In this document: one piece after another, positions 10,647 to 23,353 of the stretch
Layout: every line of letters begins with the position of its first letter
How positions within the stretch are numbered: position 1 is the first letter of the stretch
Assembly (NCBI GenBank): GCA_021613535.1
Contig: CP075496.1
Location: 4,650,001-4,714,000, forward strand
Direction: 5' to 3'
DNA from: Adineta vaga
Taxonomy: Eukaryota > Animalia > Rotifera
Length of the DNA: 64,000 nucleotides
Notes under the pieces: generated by a model
Told to the model about the DNA's origin: nothing
Databases searched by the model: none
What the model saw: only the letters and a program-made list of their open reading frames with translations
Program-made: the position numbers and the translations under genes

Positions 10647-13367
10647 TTAACGATGAAGTCTGTTGCTATTTGCAACAGAACTTGTTGTTTTTATTAATTT
10701 TTGTTTTTCATTATCTATAACAGTATCAACAAGAATCTTACTCGATTTGTTCGTATTTTTTAACAAATTTGAACAATAACAAATTTCTCGAAATTCTGGT
10801 CTTTTATCAGCAATACAAGCTGATATTTGACCATATTTATTCATTCGGCTTAGACGTTTCTTTTTAATTAGAAATGTTTCATTGACTGGATTATATTCAG
10901 CAGTTAATTCAAATAAAGCATTTCCAGGAATTGTTTGAAATTGTATTTGATAAAAATCCGTTTGATTTAAAATTAAATTCTTTGTTGCATTAGTTACTAT
11001 TGTTTGATTTCGAAAATATGGAACACGTCCATCAAAATCACTTGAGCCATCAAATTTTAATAAACGTTCATTTGCTTCTAATTGACTAGCTTTGTATATT
11101 ACGATATAAACTCAATTGTGCACATTCATTTTTATAATCAGAAACAAATTCATTGAGAAATTTGACGGCTTGTTGTCCAAATCGTTGAATAATCGGTTGA
11201 TTCGTAGATATATTATTCCAATTTAAACATGCACACCAATGTTGTTCGATATCAGCTTGTAGACAAGTTCGATTTTCAGGTATTAATTGAAAGAGACTAT
11301 ATGAACGATTTGTTTTTGATTGATATGGATCAGATGAATGAAATTCAAATAAATGTTCGAATGTTTCATGTAAATCGAATGGTGTTGTTAAACGATGTGA
11401 ATTTAAACGTAAATTGGACATAATATGAGGATATTTTTCTTGAAAAGTTTTTGGCATACGAATCGCTAAGAACGGTAAACGTTCTTCAAGTTTACCTTGA
11501 TAAGTTTTTCTTAATGTAGAAAATCGAGCACCATGATCACTCATCAAAACAAGCATTGTATTATCAAAATAACCACGTTCATGCATCATATTTAAAAATC
11601 CGAGTAATTCATCATCACCATATGGTAAACGATCATTTGTATCATGAGAATATTGTGAATGAAAAAGAAAAGAAAATTTCGGTTGACTTGGATACATATC
11701 AAATAAATCACGTATCCAATTAAGCATGGATTGTAAACGAGTTATGGAACCAAAACAATATGGTTTCGATGTACGCATCGATTCAGCAACAAGATAAAAT
11801 GGACGACCATAATGATCGACGGGTTGTTCACGAAAACCCTTCAAACGCATTTGAAATGTACCAACAGTTTGTAAATCTTCAGCCCATTGTGTTATATAAC
11901 CATTATCTAATTAATACAGAATCGAAGATTGAAATTTTTACCTATTCTAATCAGATTTAATCAGTGAACATCAAGGGAAATCCCATAAGTGCATTAATAT
12001 TAGAGTTACTGAAAAAGTTCTGAAAGAGAATAGCGAGAAAGAACGACGACAAGATGTTTTTTTTCCTCAAAAGAATGAAATCTATACGTGCTCATTTTAT
12101 GTTTCTTCTCATGAAATCTATTGAATTACATACAAGATAAGAAATATATCACACATTTCAGCTACATGCATCAGTCAAGTATAATTTGATTAAATGAAGA
12201 TTTCCGAATAATCACTATTGTAAACAAAATAGGAAGCTCATCGTGAATGAGTACTATGTTAGATCTCGACAGTTATCAAAATGTAATACCTTTAAATTTA
12301 TTCCAAATCCAAGGAAATCGATCAACTGTTTCTGCACCCTCCCGACCACGTCGAGCTTCTGGTAATTCCTGTTCCGTTTGACCAGTTAAAATCGGTAGCA
12401 GAGCTGCTGGTGTACCATCACCCACAATATTATAGCCTAAAAAAAAAGAATTTTGATAGTGCAAAAAACTGATAGTATTTATCTTCTAAAACATACCTTT
12501 GAAAACAATACTACCGAGTTCTTTAATTATATAAGAATAACTTTTTGGTAAGAAACGCATGAATGTCATTCGAGATACAGAATCAAAACCGAACATTAAA
12601 ACATTATATCCAAGATGCGTTTTCACCATTGGATTCCAAATATGTCTAAAAAAAAGAGAGAACATAATGAGCATATGGAATGAAATTACAGAATGATGAT
12701 TCACCTCATATGTAATCCAGCATCAAATGTAATACCTAAATGTATATTTGAATAGAAACTTCCATCACGTGCACGACAATCAGCACGAAAAAAATCAGAG
12801 ACCAGTGGCATTTTATCAACAACAGGAAATAAACGAGCACCTTCCATTGTAGAAAAATCATCTTTTGATCGAAGAATAGGACGATAAGCACAAACAATAG
12901 GTCCATGTTTTTGTAAGGCTTGTTGAGATAATCGAAAAGTGCCTAGATATTAAATATTAATCAGTGACATATTTTAAAGATAGTTTTTTTTTCTCAAACA
13001 AACCATTTTCTACATAGACCCAATTCGTGGATTTCTCACAGTCCGGTTGTGATTGTTGAACTGGAGTGAGATATTTCCAAATTTCAGGATTATCAATCAT
13101 TAATTTTGGATATCGACAAGCAAGATGTGTTGTATTGAAAAAATCTTCATGTAATAATTGTATATTTTCACTTGATTTTATTCGTGCATCATCAAGATCT
13201 CTTTTATCAATAAGAAATCTTTGATATTGTTCATTTCTTTGATTGGAAAAGATTTTAAAATAAAAATTATATGAAAGTATCGCTGATGAACATGTAATAA
13301 ATAGTAATAGTAAGTAAAAAAATACACGACTGAAACAATAACGTAGACATCGACGACGTAATTGCAT
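10647..13367 (-). CDS. DUF229 family type II membrane protein (alkaline phosphatase/sulfatase-like fold), multi-exon; apparent 1-nt frameshift near 11100
   Basis: NVLMFGFDSVSR, GYNIVGDGT, MSDHGARF, GKLEERLP, LTTPFDLHET, IPENRTC...IEQHWCAC and terminal ICYC motifs, plus an N-terminal TM. Confidence 0.85.
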
Positions 13368-16084
13368 TGTGTATAAGATGTTTGTTTATTTTTAATTTAT
13401 ACAGTAAAACGAGAATTATGACTTTGTTTTCTACGACGATATTTCCAATAATATTCGATTACAATGTTCATTAGATTTGTTTACGAACGTTGTCTTGTAT
13501 TCATAAAAGAACTACAAGAAAAGATATATGAATAGATAGAAGAAAGAGAAGATTTGAATCCTTGATGCAAAAAATGAAACAAAAAGTATTAAGGAATTTT
13601 CTCTAAAGGGACATTAATTATTTCCACTCGTTGCATTCATAAATAATCTAACTGATTTTTTATTCTTCAATGAATTATTTACATATTCGATAAGATATTT
13701 GCAAAATTTTCACGGAAATCTTTATCTTATATCAGTTATTCACATTTGAGACGTGCTTCTTTAGACAATGTTTTATTGAATATACTACTCAATCATGTAT
13801 ACTTACCGGTATGAGAGGAGAAGAAGAAGAAAAAAAGCATATCGTCTCTGACAATATGCATGTCAATATGTCGTACATATCAAAAAGATCTTATTTTCAT
13901 CCATAGAAATGACAACTTCTTCGAGATTAATATTAAACTAATGAATAGATCCCCTCGAGTGTGCTCACAAAGATTTCCTATTCGAGATTTATTTAATTAA
14001 TACTTTTGTTAAATTTTATTTAAAGGTGTTAGAAAAGGAAGTAGAAAAAAAAGATTATTTCTTTATAGATATCTATCATAACATATAAACAAATCTATGA
14101 CAACTTACCCAAAATGTCTAGTAATAATTGTCTAAGTGTTTCGTTCTGTTTTCTTTTTTTTTCTCCTAATAATTATATTGCGCTTTTGTTGATAGTAGAG
14201 TTCACCAAGCAAAAGAAGAAGTACCAATGTGGAACGTTCTGATAAACAAAAAATATTGTCGACCGGTTACAACCGACATTGATGCATCTCCTACTATAGA
14301 GAGAGACGACGGCGAAGTAATACAAGCAGATAAAATAGTCTCCCTTCATCATCATTCAACATACGCATCTTTCATAGCACTATGGTTCTATTGATGCATA
14401 TGTGTGTATGTCTTTTCCTTTAGTCGCGTAACGGCGGTACCAATTACGTCGGTTTTTCTATTCCGTTCTGTTTTTATTCTCCTTTGCTTCTTATCCGATG
14501 AATTTTATAGTCGTCTTTGTCGGTCGTCGTCTTATTTCTCCTCCTTTTTTCTTCTTTTTTTCTCGCGATTTTTCTTTTTTAGGAAAGTCCCATGTTGATG
14601 TTGGCCATATTGCATAGACCAGTTTTCTATCATTCTTGCTAATATTCATTCATTGTTCTTTTATACTAGACTTCATTGTCATGAATCGTCTGTGTGTGTC
14701 TGTCAACTATACAGTGAAGAAAAATGAGAAACTAAAAAAAGCCCGAATGTGACATGCTTAAGTTTGCTAAAGCACGATTTTCAGTTTTGCGTGCTCTAGA
14801 AGAAACAGATATATATATATGGTTATTAATGATATTTTTAATCATGTGTGCATGTGAATGACGCTTGTGAAGTGCAATGATGACGAATGAACAGAAAATA
14901 ATATATGAAGGACGTGTGATTGTAAGCATAGGAGATTAGTCATTCCGTTCCATTAGTCTTTGCTTGTGAAATGGTTGAATAAAAATTACACTCGGTTGAT
15001 TTGTCTTTCTATGCGTGAACGTCACTAGATTTCCGGTTGGTTTATCGACATTCGAATACATTAGAAATAAAACAGAGACATCTTCAAGAACAGCAGTCAA
15101 AGGAAAGATGAGCTGTTTCTTTTCTTTCTTTTTCATCATCATCGCCATGTATCATGCAGAAAACACTTCCGAGAGTTCCTCCTATGCCACTTAATTCCAA
15201 GTGAAACGATGATTCTTGATCTATTTTATGTGCTTTCTTTTATTGAAATGAACTAGCGTTTTTATTAATCCAAGAAAGAATCTGATTTCTGCTGATATTA
15301 ATAGTAAATGACTAAGACTAATTCGAAAATCTAATTCTGTTTACGAATTAATTATTCATATATATGGACAATTTTAGTATTACCGATAATATTTTTTGGT
15401 CACAAATAGTCAGTATAGAAGATATGTGCATTATCAACTTTTTTTCATTCCGACGTATACGATTATCAACAAATCAAAATAATTACAACACTTTCTTGAC
15501 GCTGAATTACTAATGATCATAAAACATCAACTAATGTGCTGCGAAGCTGAAACTGGAAGATCAGAAAAAAAATCAATTAACTAGTCTTTTTTTTTATACA
15601 TTAATCAACAAATAAATGATTAAAATATAGTGAAGAAGGTTAACAGTTTTGTCCATGAATTATATGGCATGCATGCTGTTATGTGTTATTACTCGAACAA
15701 AGAAAAGATATATCTAATAATAATGAATGTAATATGTGATATCATGTGCTAGACGAGAGAAAAAGAAGAAAATAAAAGACAAACGAAACGAAAAGAAAGA
15801 TATAGATGCATGTCGAGGGTGAGCCCATAATATAATGGATGATATAAGTGAATTGACCGCACGTTCGATTTACAAACAAAATATGTTTATCATTATTTTG
15901 CTTTTATTATCGTTCGATTTTCTTGTAATATATTTCATTTCGAAAAACTTGCTTATCCGTTATCTATATCGTACATATTGATTCATATTGAATTAATACT
16001 TCATTTTCTAATACACCATCAGTTTGAACACAATATCAACTGAACATCTCATTACATCATCTTCATATAAAATAGATCGACAAT

Positions 16085-16372
16085 ATTCTATCGGATTCCT
16101 GGTAATGGAATCACTTCGGATTCTGTCGGTTGCTGATTCGATCGGATCCAACATAGGATACTATAGTTTCCAAAAAACGGATTTCGACGGATCCTACAGG
16201 TGCCCATAAGACCACAATAAAGTATAGCTAAAAAGAACGCTCAGAAAATTTGCAGCTTCCGACGGAAATTCTACTGAAGGAATCCAATACAGATCCGTCA
16301 CCAGGAATCCGGTAGGATTTTGTCGGAACGTTGGATCCTATCGGATCCAATATCAGATTTCAGTTGATCCAG
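16085..16372. repeat. Degenerate inverted-repeat (MITE-like) element rich in GGATCC/GGATTCC motifs
   Basis: ctatcggattcctggtaatgg (16088) is an imperfect reverse complement of ccgtcaccaggaatccggtag (16295-16315). tcggatccaa recurs at ~16142 and ~16341. Confidence 0.55.
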
Positions 16373-16779
16373 CAACAGAGTACTGAAAATGCCATGCTCA
16401 AGCTGTTAAAAATCAATGAGTATGTATTTATTAGAATACTATCCATGAATGACTAATACATTATTTTCATCTATCTATATTTAGACAATACAATCAACAT
16501 CTTGTTAAACAAAGAAGAAAATCCAGTTTCTAAATTTATCTCTTGGATATTATTCTTGTAATTAACTTTATCAGTTGAGAATGTCGTCGAAATATATTTC
16601 TTCTTGTGAACTAAGTGAAAAAGATTCAATCTCTCTGAATAATCGGACAATATATTTACTTCTACTATGTTCCATAGTTCAAATATAGTTCACGTGATGA
16701 ACTACAAGTAATTGGTAAATTTAAAACATTATTCATAACTCAACTTACTAGTCTTTTCTTAATAAGATGGTCGAAAATC

Positions 16780-17468
16780 AGCCGCTGCCGCACCGCTGAG
16801 GTTTCGAAAAAATTTGTACCGCGCCGCGCCGCTGCCGCGATGGTATTAATAATGTGATTTTTGGAACGTATTTGCCTTGGCAAGCAGACTTTACGTATCT
16901 TATTTCTTTTACTAGATGCATTAGGTGAGAAAAAGATCAATATACTTTATATTTAATTAATAAATTAATACAAACATGTTGTTTAGTTCGAAAATAATTC
17001 GATCAATCAGTCTTTTGTAGAGATTCTAAGCGAAGTATGTTATGTGTTACTTTTGTAAAAACAAATTGCCTTTTCAACAATCGAGCGAAATATTAATATG
17101 AGTTATTGCACAGCTGATTATATGAAACATTGATATTTATATATATGTATATATATATATATATATATGAATTGTAATATGATAATTCACATATCTTAGT
17201 TTGTTATTGATTCATATGCAGAGAATAACTCGAATGAATAGCACGAAATGTATGTTTTTATTCAGGCTTTTTAATACCAAGTGTTACAGAAATGTACTAA
17301 TGGAAAACAAATTTCTGTTTAACTTCATTACAGCAAAATTAAAATCTCCAAAACTATCGAGTTCTTTTAATAAAAATAAGGTTTTTCAACAGTTCAGCCA
17401 CTGCCGCGCCGCGCCGATCGATGAAAAAAATTGCCGCGGCAGCGGCAGCGCCGCCATAGACATCTCTG
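16780..17468. mobile_element. Remnant of a non-autonomous DNA transposon (hAT-like end) with GCCGC subterminal repeats
   Basis: Two GC-rich GCCGC/GCGCC blocks (16780-16840, 17396-17456) in AT-rich DNA, ending in CATCTCTG (reverse complement CAGAGATG, similar to Ac-type CAGGGATG termini). No matching left end was found. Confidence 0.45.
17137..17168. repeat. (TA)n microsatellite
   Basis: Interrupted TA run visible in the sequence. Confidence 0.8.
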
Positions 17469-17754
17469 ATGCATATAATACATCCACATTATTAAGCTTT
17501 TTTAAAATGCATAATAACATTTCATCGCATAGATCAACGGTATTAAAAGTTGAATTGCACATGTTGAATACAGTCGCTTATAATAATATGAAATAGACCG
17601 ATAACGATAATGAACCTGACTTAGATGTGAATTAATGAACATCATTGGTCAATTCTGTTTTATTTTTTATAGTGTGTTTGAGGCCTATAGAATGTTGTTG
17701 TAAATTAGTACTTTTCTCGGTGATGGATCTGTCAAAATTGATGAATGATATGTG

Positions 17755-18300
17755 AAATCGATCAAGGTCTATCTGGAACCGTCGATGTTAGTTTCGGAAG
17801 CGGAGCGGAAGCAGATTTCCGAGTAAAATACAAAGTTCCGGTACTTTTTGGCCGGTTTTTGAAAGTAATTTCGGATTTTCGGAGGTTTCCAAAGGATTTT
17901 TTGGGAAAATAATGTGTGCAATCGATAGAGCAGATAGAGATCTATCTGGAATCATTAAGAACAGAGTTGGAACCGGTCGTTGACCGAATCCCAGAAGGTT
18001 ATACGAAAATTCTTGCAGTTTTAGGCAGTTTTGCAGATTTTTGGGGTTCGGGAAGAGATATCGAGAAAAATACTGTATGCAATCGATAGAGCTTGCTAAG
18101 ATCTACCTGGAACCAGTCAGAGGAGATGGAACCAGTTGTTGCCGAATTCCAAAAGGATTTATGCAAGCATTGATAGCATTTTTAGCGTTTTTACCAGTAT
18201 TTTGGGGTTTGCAAGGGAGTATGGAAAAAATATTTTTTGGAATTGATAGAGCTCGTCGAGATCTACTTGGAACCAGCCGTTGGACGAATCCCGGACGAAA
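17755..18300. repeat. Diverged tandem repeat, ~160-bp unit, about 3.5 copies
   Basis: Motif ATCGATAGAGC..N..AGATCTA(T/C)(C/T)TGGAA recurs at ~17757 (partial), 17921, 18082 and 18242. Confidence 0.75.
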
Positions 18301-18854
18301 AAACTCGAATATCCTTCATTTAAATTAAACTAATACTTTTACTAATCGGATCATCCGTATTGAAATAGTCGCGACTCTACCCAAACCTATTTGTAATGTT
18401 ATTACCAAATCTGTATTCATGTTTTCATCGATAAAAGAAAAAAATAAAAATTCTAATAATATTCAATTTATCATATAAATCTCTTGACATATTTTGAATA
18501 CAATTATTCTTTTTTTCTTTGGATACGCCCTCAGTAGTTTCTATGCATGATTTTAATATACGTATGCGTTCTAATATTTATCGCTGTCATATTGAAAAAT
18601 CATGCCTATAAATGACGATGTCTACAAGACACAATTCCATTCATTTTCTTCATAATTATACCATTAGGTGTGTTATTCACTGACGAAGTAATCGATAACC
18701 TATGGAGAAAAAAGAATCTAAGGATTGTTATTTGATCGATTCCTACATAATTATAAATAATGAAAAAAAGGAAGTGTTTGACTAAGAGTCTTGCTTATAT
18801 ATATATATATGATATACGAAAAACATTAAAGATTCAGTAGTTTCAATTCTAAAA

Positions 18855-19464
18855 ATGATGAAATTATCACGATATATCTTTCTCATATTTAACGGTAGGC
18901 TCATTGATTTGAATATTCACTTCATCTATAAAACAATTACGTTTTTTCATAGTTATTCAACTGATCAGTCAGTTCTATATCAATGCTCAGTCAACACAAC
19001 AAATCTTAAATATAACTTTGATATCTTCCACAGCACAATCTTCAACAAATAACATGAATCAAACAATTTCACCTTCATTGACAACTGCACCTTTAACAAG
19101 TATTCGTAATAATATGAATCTTTCAACATCAACTGTCTCTAATATGAATGCATCATTGTCATCTATGATAATCATTACTAGAATTATACCTTCATCAAAC
19201 GTTACTAATATAATGTCCACATTAACAAATACGGGACAAACTGCTAGTTATACTAGCCAATCATCTCCTGCAAGATTTGATACAACTAGATCATCATCTA
19301 GTATTTCTACAAATAGTCCCAGACCAACATCAGTTGGTATGAATACAGTTACATCTCAACAAATGAAAACTACTTCACTTCGTAATTGTGCCACTAAATA
19401 TGAACAACATATAATATTATGCATTCTTGTTCATTTTCTTTTATTCATTTTTCCCTTTCATTAA
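18855..19464 (+). CDS. Ser/Thr-rich mucin-like surface protein, probably GPI-anchored, 2 exons
   Basis: MMKLSRYIFLIFN | intron 18895-18952 | VIQLISQFYINAQ... joins in frame to the 19018-19464 ORF. S/T-rich body and hydrophobic C-terminus. Confidence 0.75.
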
Positions 19465-19843
19465 GTTTCTGTACAAGTATATTTAAAAAATACTTCATAC
19501 GGTAAAAGAATGACATAAAAATAATTATATAAATATAGAGCCAAAAACAACCAAAAAAAAAGAAGAAGAAGAAGAGAAAAAAATAGAGAATAGTAATAGA
19601 TGAGCAAAATAAACATATCTAAACGAACTCTACCTACTACGTATAAATATGTCCTGATTATTATATAAAAAGATTCAAAACAATAAGATTTGGTATTCTA
19701 GGATAGACATACGAGTAAAAAATGAAGAAAAAAAACTAGATCAGAAACTTGTGTAATGATGGGTGAGATCAATGTTTTTGAAAGTTTCTAATTAGAAAAG
19801 AAAGAATAAGAATGTCATAGAATTATACAAATGACGTGAATAC

Positions 19844-22649
19844 TTACAATACACGACATTTCGGTATGCTGCCTTCGTAAACACAAGTTGTACCTGCTCG
19901 ACAATTTAATGGACACCATTGATGATTACTTGGCATTATCACTTGTTCACAAAGTACACCAGTCATACCATTTTTACAGATGCATTTGTGACCATCTTTT
20001 GTGGATATACATTGACCGTTTTGACCACAAGGATTTGGATTGCATGTACGAGGTCGATTAACTAAATTATTTTAAAAGATATATATATTTCATCTGGACA
20101 GAAACACAAAAAAATTATTTATTTACTTAATTCACAACGTTCACCAAAATATGGTTTGGGACATGTACATTGAGGTCCATTCTCGTTCATGTAACATTCG
20201 CCACCATTTAAACATGTAATATTTGCACAAGGTGCATTACTTAAAGCTCGTTTTCGTGCTAAATTGTACATAAGAATAATGATAAGAAGAAGAAAGTCGA
20301 TTGAAATAAATTACTTACTATACTGACAATAGTAACCAGTAAATGCTGGTTGACAATAACATTGAGCATTATTTTGAACGACAGCACAGCCACCATTATT
20401 TTGACATGGATTCGGAAGACCTAAGTGAAAATTATTGACTCAAATGATTAACTATCGAACTATATTTTTAAATACGAACATGGATTAGCTGCAGCAGGTG
20501 CGGGTGTTGGACATGGACAAAGAATACAGGCACAATTTGATTGAGGAGCTTGTGTAGCTATACGCAGTTCACAATTACTACCCGAATTTGGATAAGTACA
20601 TTGACAAATATAAGCATTTGTTGTTGCAACACAAGTGCCACCACTGTAACTAAAGGATTTATTAGAAAGTAAAGATAATGCAAGTGTTTTCTTAAACAAT
20701 AATATTACCATGGATTGGGTTGACAATAGTTACGAATTTCACAACAACGACCATAATAACTTGATGTACATGAACAAATAAATGCTAATGAAAAACAAAT
20801 ATAGAAATATCATCATGTCAAAACAATCCTTTTGATTGAATTACCCGTAGCACTGGTTGGTGAACAAGTACCACCATTTTGACATGGATTTGAACTACAT
20901 GGATTAGGTGCTGCAGTAGTTACGAGTAAGAGTTCACAACAACGTCCAGTATATTGTGGTGGACATTGACATTGAAAACTATTCATATATGGTAAACATA
21001 TACCACCATATAAACATGGATTTGGATCACATAAACGTTGTTCACATCGAACACCAAGATAACCACTTGGACAAATGCATCGATAGGTACGAATATCAAC
21101 TATTTGACATGTTCCACTATTTTCACATGGATTATTATAACAAGGATTTGATGCTGCTAAAGTTAATTCACAACATGTACCACCGTAACCTAGTCGACAT
21201 GCGCAAGCAAAACCAGTCTGATTAATATAACAGCTTCCACCATTTTGACTAGATGAGACAAATATATGAACTAATTTTTCAAAATAATCAAATGGATTGT
21301 CTTACCAAGGATTTGGTTGACAAAGATTTCGTATTGCAAGAGCTTAATTATTCGAAAAAATAAGGTATCAATAAAATTGTCTAGTTTGTACTATTAATAC
21401 CTGAGTTTTGACAACTGCTTCCACTATAACCACCAATACATTGACATTGATAACCACTTGTTGTTTGTAGACATTGACCTGCATTTTGGCAAGGATTAGT
21501 TATACATCCAGTAGTTGTTACACCAGCTTAATACGATAAAGGAAATAATGTTAAAATAGTAGCTATCTTAATATGTTACCTGATGCTTCACATATGATGC
21601 CTGTAACACCTGCTGGACAAACGCACCGAAAACCACCACTAGCAGTTAGACTTACACATGTACCGCCATTTAAACAAGGGTTCGTTGAACATGTTGTGTT
21701 ACCAGTAGGCGTAGTACCATTATTGCCTGTTGCACTGATTATTATAGAAAATGAAACGAATCATTATTCATTTTAAATTATTCAATTTTTCCTACTATCT
21801 GGATAATCACATAACTCTCCAGTCCATCCAGGTGTACACACACATTCAAAGACTATGTTAAGTGTTCCTTGAGCCGGTACACAGATACCTCCATTTGCAC
21901 AAATGTTACTATCACACACATTTCGTGTACTAATTGCATATTCTATTTAATAAAACAGAACATTAAACTAGTGTTTTGTTCTTCCTCGATATCTTACGCG
22001 CAACTTGACAACGAACACCGATAAAACCAGATGGACAACGGCAAGTAATTCTTTGACCAACAAGTACACAAGTACCTTGATTGTAACAGAAGGATGAACA
22101 GCCAAATTGTCTCGGTGTACCAAAAATATCATCATTTGACGAAAGAGATTTTTGCATCGGTGCTTCCAATGCATTTAGATCAGCTTCAATAGTTGGATAA
22201 TCATCCTGCTCATTTGGATTAGTATTTGAACTAATTGTTACTTCTATGAAAAATAGGAAAAATATATATGATTTTTCACAATAACCAAGAAAATTCTTTC
22301 TCATAAATGAAACTTACCAACGCGATTCTTTGAATCATTACAATTATCAACTAATTCTTTTGATACACATGTTTGTAATTCAGGAACATAAGCAGCACCA
22401 GATGCACATGTAAATAAAACTCTTAGATTATGAAAACAACGTATAAATCGTTGGCAATTTGATAGATCGCCAGAAAAATCACGACATAGGTCTCCTTTTT
22501 AAAAAATTAACAAAGAAAGAATATATTTTCATTTAATTCTATTAAAAATAGAAATCATTTCACTAACTTTGTAATGCTTGATCAGCATTAGCAATTCCTA
22601 TTACCAGACAAGCCAGTATAATTAAAAGTCGACTAGATTCGACTTTCAT
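19844..22649 (-). CDS. Secreted protein with an N-terminal chitin-binding type 2 (CBM14) domain followed by an array of EGF repeats, many exons
   Basis: Signal peptide MKVESSRLLIILACLVIGIANA. Exon 2 encodes CRDFSGDLSNCQRFIRCFHNLRVLLTCASGAAYVPELQTC. Ten or more NPC...NGG.C EGF modules follow, with an RKR site near 20250. No TM. A short extra 3' exon near 19770-19787 is possible. Confidence 0.8.
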
Positions 22650-23353
22650 TCTTTCTTCTATCAGTAATCTTTTCTATCTGGATAATTTATCAAACAATAT
22701 CACGACTGACTATGTTGTGACGGTTATCAATCGTTAAATTCGACTAATAATGAGACGATAGAACTTTTGTGAGGATTGTGTTCACTATTTAAATTCATCC
22801 CCCGCGAGAATGTAGGTAGATCGACATTTCAATGTACGCTCTTTGTCTTCCCTTTTTTCTACGTTCACGACAAATGTCGCGTTGTTTTAAACACCCTTCA
22901 ACATTAAACCATCATCGATATTCTTTCCTTCCTCATTGTTCATGTACATTTCGTTGTTTTATAAACAAGCACATGAGTAATCTACTAACAAAATCAATGC
23001 TCTTATCAATGTCAATCGGCACGAATCACAAGGTTTGTATGGTAGTTGATATTCAAAAAAGAATGATGAAATGTTTTGTTTTTAATTGTTTTCTTCACCT
23101 TGAATGCGTCTTTATATACCAGACAGATTTATTTGTTATAATCTCTTTGCACATTGCTGAAATTTAAATCTGTATCCTTCTTTTGTCTATCACCTAGTTC
23201 ATGGTCAATCCACTTTCAATCTTTTCTATGGTTTTTTTTATTTCTTCCAAATACCAACAGATTCTGTTTGCATACATGAAAAGGTCATAACAACGATGAT
23301 TTAAACAAAAGAAAAAAAAAACGGATATATTGTATGAAAACTAGATATTATTA

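Noticed and set aside
11090-11102. 13-nt GT-AG micro-intron rescuing the DUF229 frame
   Set aside because: Far below the ~50 nt minimum of other introns in the window.
14394-14401. ATGCATAT as the left target-site duplication of the hAT-like element
   Set aside because: It matches the 8 nt after 17468 but is not followed by a TIR; likely chance in AT-rich DNA.
13400-16000. Short ORFs in the gene-free block
   Set aside because: Low-complexity translations without domains; more likely 5'UTR introns and regulatory DNA of the DUF229 gene.
17755-18300. CRISPR-like array
   Set aside because: Eukaryotic context, degenerate repeats, the intervening sequences resemble each other, and there are no cas genes.
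16740-18328. ORFs 16740-16940, 17201-17596 and 18041-18328 as genes
   Set aside because: They overlap repeat remnants, start at non-ATG codons and show no protein motifs.
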